Source: an uncultured Candidatus Saccharibacteria bacterium
GTDB taxonomy: Bacteria > Patescibacteriota > Saccharimonadia > Saccharimonadales > CAIOMD01
Direction: 5' to 3'
Assembly: GCA_903859365.1 (NCBI GenBank)
Contig: CAIOMD010000003.1
Span: 1-46,042, forward strand
Length of the DNA stretch: 46,042 nucleotides
The notes below the pieces were generated by a model. That model saw only the letters and a list, made by a program, of their open reading frames with translations, was not told the origin of the DNA and searched no databases. The first letter of the stretch is position 1. Each line of letters begins with the position of its first letter. Of the stretch, positions 41,912 to 46,042 are shown piece after piece. The position numbers and the translations under genes are program-made.

Positions 41912-42620
41912 GAATAACTTGCCTGATTAGCGCGGTGACGCGCTAAATTGTAAACCAACTCATAACGGTGAAGCCTTATTTATTCTATTGAGTAAATGGT
42001 AATACCGTGGCAACCTATCAATAACGATAGGAGCCGTAACGACTGATCCGAAAGGAGAGGTACATATGAAGCAAAATGTACAAAACGTTGGCTCTCACTT
42101 ACAAGAAATGAAATCTACGGAATTGGCATGGTATATAACAGGTTTTGTTGATGGAGAAGGCTGCTTTTCGATCTCTTTTACAAAAAGAGAGAAGATGCTG
42201 ACTGGCCTTGAAATACGTCCAAGTTTTTCAATAGGTCAGAATAAAAAAAGTCTTTCGGTATTGAAAGAAATTCATACCTATTTCGGATGTGGTGCGATTA
42301 GATTTAGCAAACATGATCAAATGTACAAATATGAAGTACGTTCGATTGATGATTTACGAAAGAAGATTATCCCGCATTTTAAGAAATATTCATTACGCAC
42401 AAACAAGTTGCGCGATTTTACTAGTTTCGAACGAATATGTGAACTAATAGCTCAATCAAAACACCTCAATTCTGAGTATTTGAACGAGATAATAGACATA
42501 GCGTATTCAATGAACGAATCAGGTAAACGCAAATATACTAAGCAAGATATCCTACAGATTATCAGAGTGAGATGAATGTATAGTCTGAACTGTAATGAAA
42601 ATTACAGATAACTAAAAATG
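41912..42620 (+). mobile_element. Group I intron at 23S position 1951 (E. coli numbering)
   Basis: Interrupts CCTTGTCAGGT|AAGTTCTGACC; P1 TCAGGT/GCCTGA with U.G pair, P10 AACTT/AAGTT, P7 GACT/AGTC, terminal G. Confidence 0.95.
42066..42575 (+). CDS. Single-motif LAGLIDADG homing endonuclease
   Basis: YITGFVDGEGCF motif, 'FSIGQ' and 'IIPHFKKYSLRT.K'; GGAGAGG RBS; inside the intron. Confidence 0.95.
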   Translation: MKQNVQNVGSHLQEMKSTELAWYITGFVDGEGCFSISFTKREKMLTGLEIRPSFSIGQNKKSLSVLKEIHTYFGCGAIRFSKHDQMYKYEVRSIDDLRKKIIPHFKKYSLRTNKLRDFTSFERICELIAQSKHLNSEYLNEIIDIAYSMNESGKRKYTKQDILQIIRVR

Positions 42621-43199
42621 AAGTTCTGACCTGCACGAATGGAGTAATGATATGGGTACTGTCTCAAGAAGGGACTCGGTGAAAGTGCATTGGCGGTAAA
42701 GATGCCGTCTGTCCGCATCAGGACGAAAAGACCCCGTGCAGCTTTACTACAGTTTGACATTGAGCCGAGCGGCAACATGTGTAGCATAGGTGGGAGACTT
42801 TGAAGCCGACGCGCTAGCGTTGGTGGAGTCTTCAGTGAAATACCACCCTTGTTGTCGTTTTGTTCTTACCTGAACCGTTATCCGGTTCGGGGACAGTGTC
42901 TGATGGGTAGTTTAACTGGGGCGGTTGCCTCCTAAAGAGTAGCGGAGGCGTTCAAAGGTTGGCTAACTACGGATGGAAATCGTAGTGATAGTGCATACGC
43001 ATAAGCCAGCTTGACTGTGAGGACAACAATCCAAGCAGGCACGAAAGTGGGAGTAAGTGACCCGTTGTCCATACATTTATGTATATGAACGTGGGATCGA
43101 CAACGCAAACGGATAAAAGTTACGCCGGGGATAACAGGCTTATAGCGCCCAATAGTTCACATAGACGGCGCTGTTTGGCACCTCGATGTCGGCTCATCT

Positions 43200-43230
<31 letters not shown>

Positions 43231-43258
43231 CGGCTGTTCGCCGGTTAAAGAGGTACGT

Positions 43259-43292
<34 letters not shown>

Positions 43293-43720
43293 TTATATCC
43301 GATGTGGACAATAGGAAATGTGAGGGAATCTGTTCCTAGTACGAGAGGACCGGAATGGACGCACCGCTGGTGTACCAATTGTCAGACCTACTGGCATTGT
43401 TGGGTAGCTAAGTGCGGTTCAGATAAGCGCTGAAAGCATATTAAGCGCGAAACTGATCCCAAGATTACATTTCCCTATGAGACCCCTGATAGACGATCAG
43501 GTTGATAGGTGCAAGGTGTAAGCACAGCAATGTGTTCAGCCGAAGCATACTAATAGGTCCATCGACTTTTTATGCTTCTCATACGAGGAAGTCACGTCTG
43601 GCTTCCCATCGTATGAGAGATTTGGTAGCTAACTAGCTATTAGTGTTTGTCATAATCCGTGCAGTTTTTTGTAATCCGTTACATGGACACCGTTAGAAGC
43701 CTCTATTTTAGGGGTTTGTA

Positions 43721-43834
43721 TCGGTGCCCATGGCGCTAGGGAAACACCTGTTCCCATGCCGAACACAGCAGTTAAGCCTAGCAGCGGTTACAATACTTGG
43801 CCAATCAAAGCCTGGGAAAATAGCACGGTGCCGA
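43721..43834 (+). rRNA. rrf: 5S rRNA
   Basis: TCGGTGCC/GGTGCCGA helix I and CCCATGCCGAAC loop C. Confidence 0.95.
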
Positions 43835-43843
43835 ATTATATGA

Positions 43844-43870
43844 GACCCCTCCGAATAGGAGGGGTTTTAT
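43844..43870 (+). terminator. rrn terminator
   Basis: ACCCCTCC-GAATA-GGAGGGGT-TTT. Confidence 0.85.
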
Positions 43871-44156
43871 CTTTTTAAGAATAAAAATACCAGCAAATGT
43901 GGATAAAATGATGTGATTTTAATGGTGTTATCTTAATTTACAACAATAAAACAGCCTCTATCGCAGGGTACTCATACTTAAACAGCTAAAAAAACATAAA
44001 AAAGCTAAATTTACTACAAGTTATAGGCTTTTTTATAGGTTTTTTTCTGTTTAAAATGCATACAAAAATTAATTGCTTTTACCCTTACGTTTATTGATAA
44101 TGGTATATGAAAACAAAAGTGGTAAAAATAAGACAAAACCGAGTAATCGGGAAGTG

Positions 44157-44189
44157 GGCTTTCGTAAAAATACGAAAGCCTTTTCTTTT
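44157..44189 (+). terminator. Terminator of a short unannotated transcript
   Basis: GGCTTTCGTA-AAAA-TACGAAAGCC-TTTTCTTTT. Confidence 0.75.
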
Positions 44190-44300
44190 AACCATAAGAC
44201 TGTTGACACTTTAGCTAAAGCATGTTAATATATAAATATTAAAAGGGTTAAGGCATCTAATTGCCGAGACCTTTTTTATTTTTAAATAAGGGAGAATATC

Positions 44301-44498
44301 ATGGCTGGAACAATACAAGGCGGCAAAGCAGCTGCTGCAACAAACAAAGCTAAGTACGGTAGCGATTTTTATGCAAAAATCGGTGCTAAAGGTGGAAAAT
44401 TAGGTAAAACTGGTGGCTTCGCCGCTAATCGTGAGCTTGCTCGGATTGCTGGAGCTAAAGGTGGCCGAATCAGCCGCCGAACAAAATTAAATAAATAA
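44301..44498 (+). CDS. KGG-repeat stress-induced small protein
   Basis: FYAKIGAKGG and ARIAGAKGG repeats; AGGGAG RBS; TTGACA-17-TAATAT promoter. Confidence 0.85.
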   Translation: MAGTIQGGKAAAATNKAKYGSDFYAKIGAKGGKLGKTGGFAANRELARIAGAKGGRISRRTKLNK

Positions 44499-44516
44499 TT
44501 TTTATTTATTTATTTT

Positions 44517-44544
44517 AAAAAAGAACCTAACGAGGTTCTTTTTT
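44517..44544. terminator. Bidirectional terminator
   Basis: AAAAAAGAACCT-AACG-AGGTTCTTTTTT. Confidence 0.85.
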
Positions 44545-45016
44545 AATTAGGTAAAACTTTTTTAGTTACCGTACAGAGGGGGGAGCGGGGAACCTTCCAT
44601 GAGGTAAGGCAATTAAAACACTGATAAATCCCATCGTTTCTCTGAATAGTTACGACGGAGCAGTTTGGGCAACTTGCTCGTTTGTGCAGCCAGTCGCGGT
44701 AGGTGTCCAGGCAATCTTGAATATGCTCAAGATCGATGTTTATTGCGTATTTTTTGCCTAATTTTTTAGCTGCCTGCCAAGCAGAAGCCTCTATTTTAAG
44801 AAGTTCAAAGTCGTTCTCGTATGTCTTATGATCAAGTTGTGCATGGGATACTTCATGTAGTAGTGACCAGACACCGTGTTCTGCAATATCTTGATGAGAG
44901 GTATAGGTAATTTTTCGCTCACCCGGAGTCCAAAAGAAAGAATCTCCTTGAATAAATAACAAATCCGGGAAATCCGCTTTTAATTTAGGTAGAATATTAG
45001 CAATACTATTATTCAT
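44543..45016 (-). CDS. HEXXH metallopeptidase-like (ImmA/IrrE-like) protein with a C-terminal Zn ribbon
   Basis: LLHEVSHA, downstream EASAW, CPNC...CFNC; ATG at 45016 overlaps the ROK stop. Confidence 0.7.
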   Translation of the reverse strand: MNNSIANILPKLKADFPDLLFIQGDSFFWTPGERKITYTSHQDIAEHGVWSLLHEVSHAQLDHKTYENDFELLKIEASAWQAAKKLGKKYAINIDLEHIQDCLDTYRDWLHKRASCPNCSVVTIQRNDGIYQCFNCLTSWKVPRSPLCTVTKKVLPN

Positions 45017-45815
45017 GATGCTGTTTCGCGTAGATAGCGCACCCATTAATCACAGCCTGCTCGGGCTGTTTTGCTTCGAAAATTGGTACAATGCTCACAA
45101 CGGAAGGAGTTAACTTTTCGACATATTTTTTAAGGGGCTGTTCAAATTTCTTAAAGTGAGTACCAACCCCACCACCAATAATTATTACATCTGGATCGAG
45201 TACGGAAGTTAAATTAACAATTCCTACCGCAAACCACTCTGCAATTTCGTTCCAAATCCTTGGATCATTAATTTCTGATGCCTTTTGACCGTATTTTTTT
45301 ACAATAGCTTTACCGCTTGCAAAGTCTTCCCACGAAATAAGCTTGTTATTGTGTTCGAAAAGCATCATTCCTCCCTCGCTATCCGCAAAATCTGGATCAA
45401 TAACACCATTTGTGATAATTCCAGTACCAATTCCAGTACTAATTGTTATATATAGTACTCTATGTGGCATAAGGTCGAGACTATGTGCTTCAGATAATCC
45501 TGCCAAATTTGCATCATTTTCAACTGTAACTGAGCATTTTGTTAATTTTTGTACGTCGCGAGCAAGCTTTACGTTTTTCCAGTTTAGGTTACCAAAAGCT
45601 TCAACATCTCCAACCGGTCTTATTACTTTACCGGGTGCTGCCACGACGGCACTTGAATAATTATTTTTTGTTAATTTTATTGTAGCCGCCAGTGTCGTAA
45701 GGAATTCTTTATAGTTTTTCGGTGTGGAAAATCTCTTTTCATCGAGAATTCTACCATCCTTATCAACAGAAGCAACTAATGTTTTCGTTCCACCAATATC
45801 TATAGCAAGAATCAT
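45009..45815 (-). CDS. ROK family sugar kinase
   Basis: AIDIGGTK, VENDANLA, ISTGIGTG and IIIGGG. Confidence 0.92.
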   Translation of the reverse strand: MILAIDIGGTKTLVASVDKDGRILDEKRFSTPKNYKEFLTTLAATIKLTKNNYSSAVVAAPGKVIRPVGDVEAFGNLNWKNVKLARDVQKLTKCSVTVENDANLAGLSEAHSLDLMPHRVLYITISTGIGTGIITNGVIDPDFADSEGGMMLFEHNNKLISWEDFASGKAIVKKYGQKASEINDPRIWNEIAEWFAVGIVNLTSVLDPDVIIIGGGVGTHFKKFEQPLKKYVEKLTPSVVSIVPIFEAKQPEQAVINGCAIYAKQHHE

Positions 45816-45908
45816 ATGACTTTATTGTATCAAAACTAGTATGCAATAGTTATGCGGCGGCTATGTATTTACGAAAAAAACAGTGAGTTGATAAAGCGCC
45901 CTGTGGAT

Positions 45909-45937
45909 AAACACCCCTCAAAAAAGAGGGGTGTTTT
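45909..45937 (-). terminator. Terminator-like hairpin
   Basis: AAACACCCCTC-AAAAAA-GAGGGGTGTTT. Confidence 0.7.
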
Positions 45938-46042
45938 GTATTTACAACGGTTTCTTGGTGCAATTACGGACATGAGACAAGTGAAGCATAACCACTAACA
46001 CTTTGAATAGGTTGTTTTGTTGTAAATACATCTTCAAAAATA

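Overview
This is core-genome DNA from a CPR/Patescibacteria bacterium, most likely Candidatus Saccharibacteria (TM7). The call rests on the 16S 515F-site variant GCCGCGGTCA, a shortened h44, a monoderm-type type IV pilus locus with no PilQ, and a CPR-typical gene set. From left to right the window holds: a complete T4P cluster (pilMNO, small ORF, pilB, pilT, pilC, major pilin, pilD, four minor pilins), a Xer recombinase, ndk, a PH-domain protein, PrsA/SurA, a GT2 glycosyltransferase, nrdR, thrS, miaA, a wHTH-NTase-like protein, an MBL hydrolase, rpmB, an M50 protease, RNase HI with an N-terminal extra domain, RNase P RNA, infC(ATT)-rpmI-rplT, a HerA/VirD4-like ATPase followed by umuDC, gyrBA, an rRNA operon, a KGG stress protein and a ROK kinase. 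There are eight tRNA genes. The 23S gene carries a group I intron at site 1951 with a LAGLIDADG endonuclease and has large helix expansions. The least explained signals are non-coding. At least six unannotated short transcription units or structured RNA candidates occur (about 17.7, 18.1, 23.3, 25.8, 26.5, 44.1 and 45.9 kb). Several begin with a stem 7 nt after a -10 box, the same geometry as rnpB, and three share an AAAACAAAA motif. Many genes also show a leaderless-mRNA architecture. All calls come from reading the sequence by eye; no searches were run.
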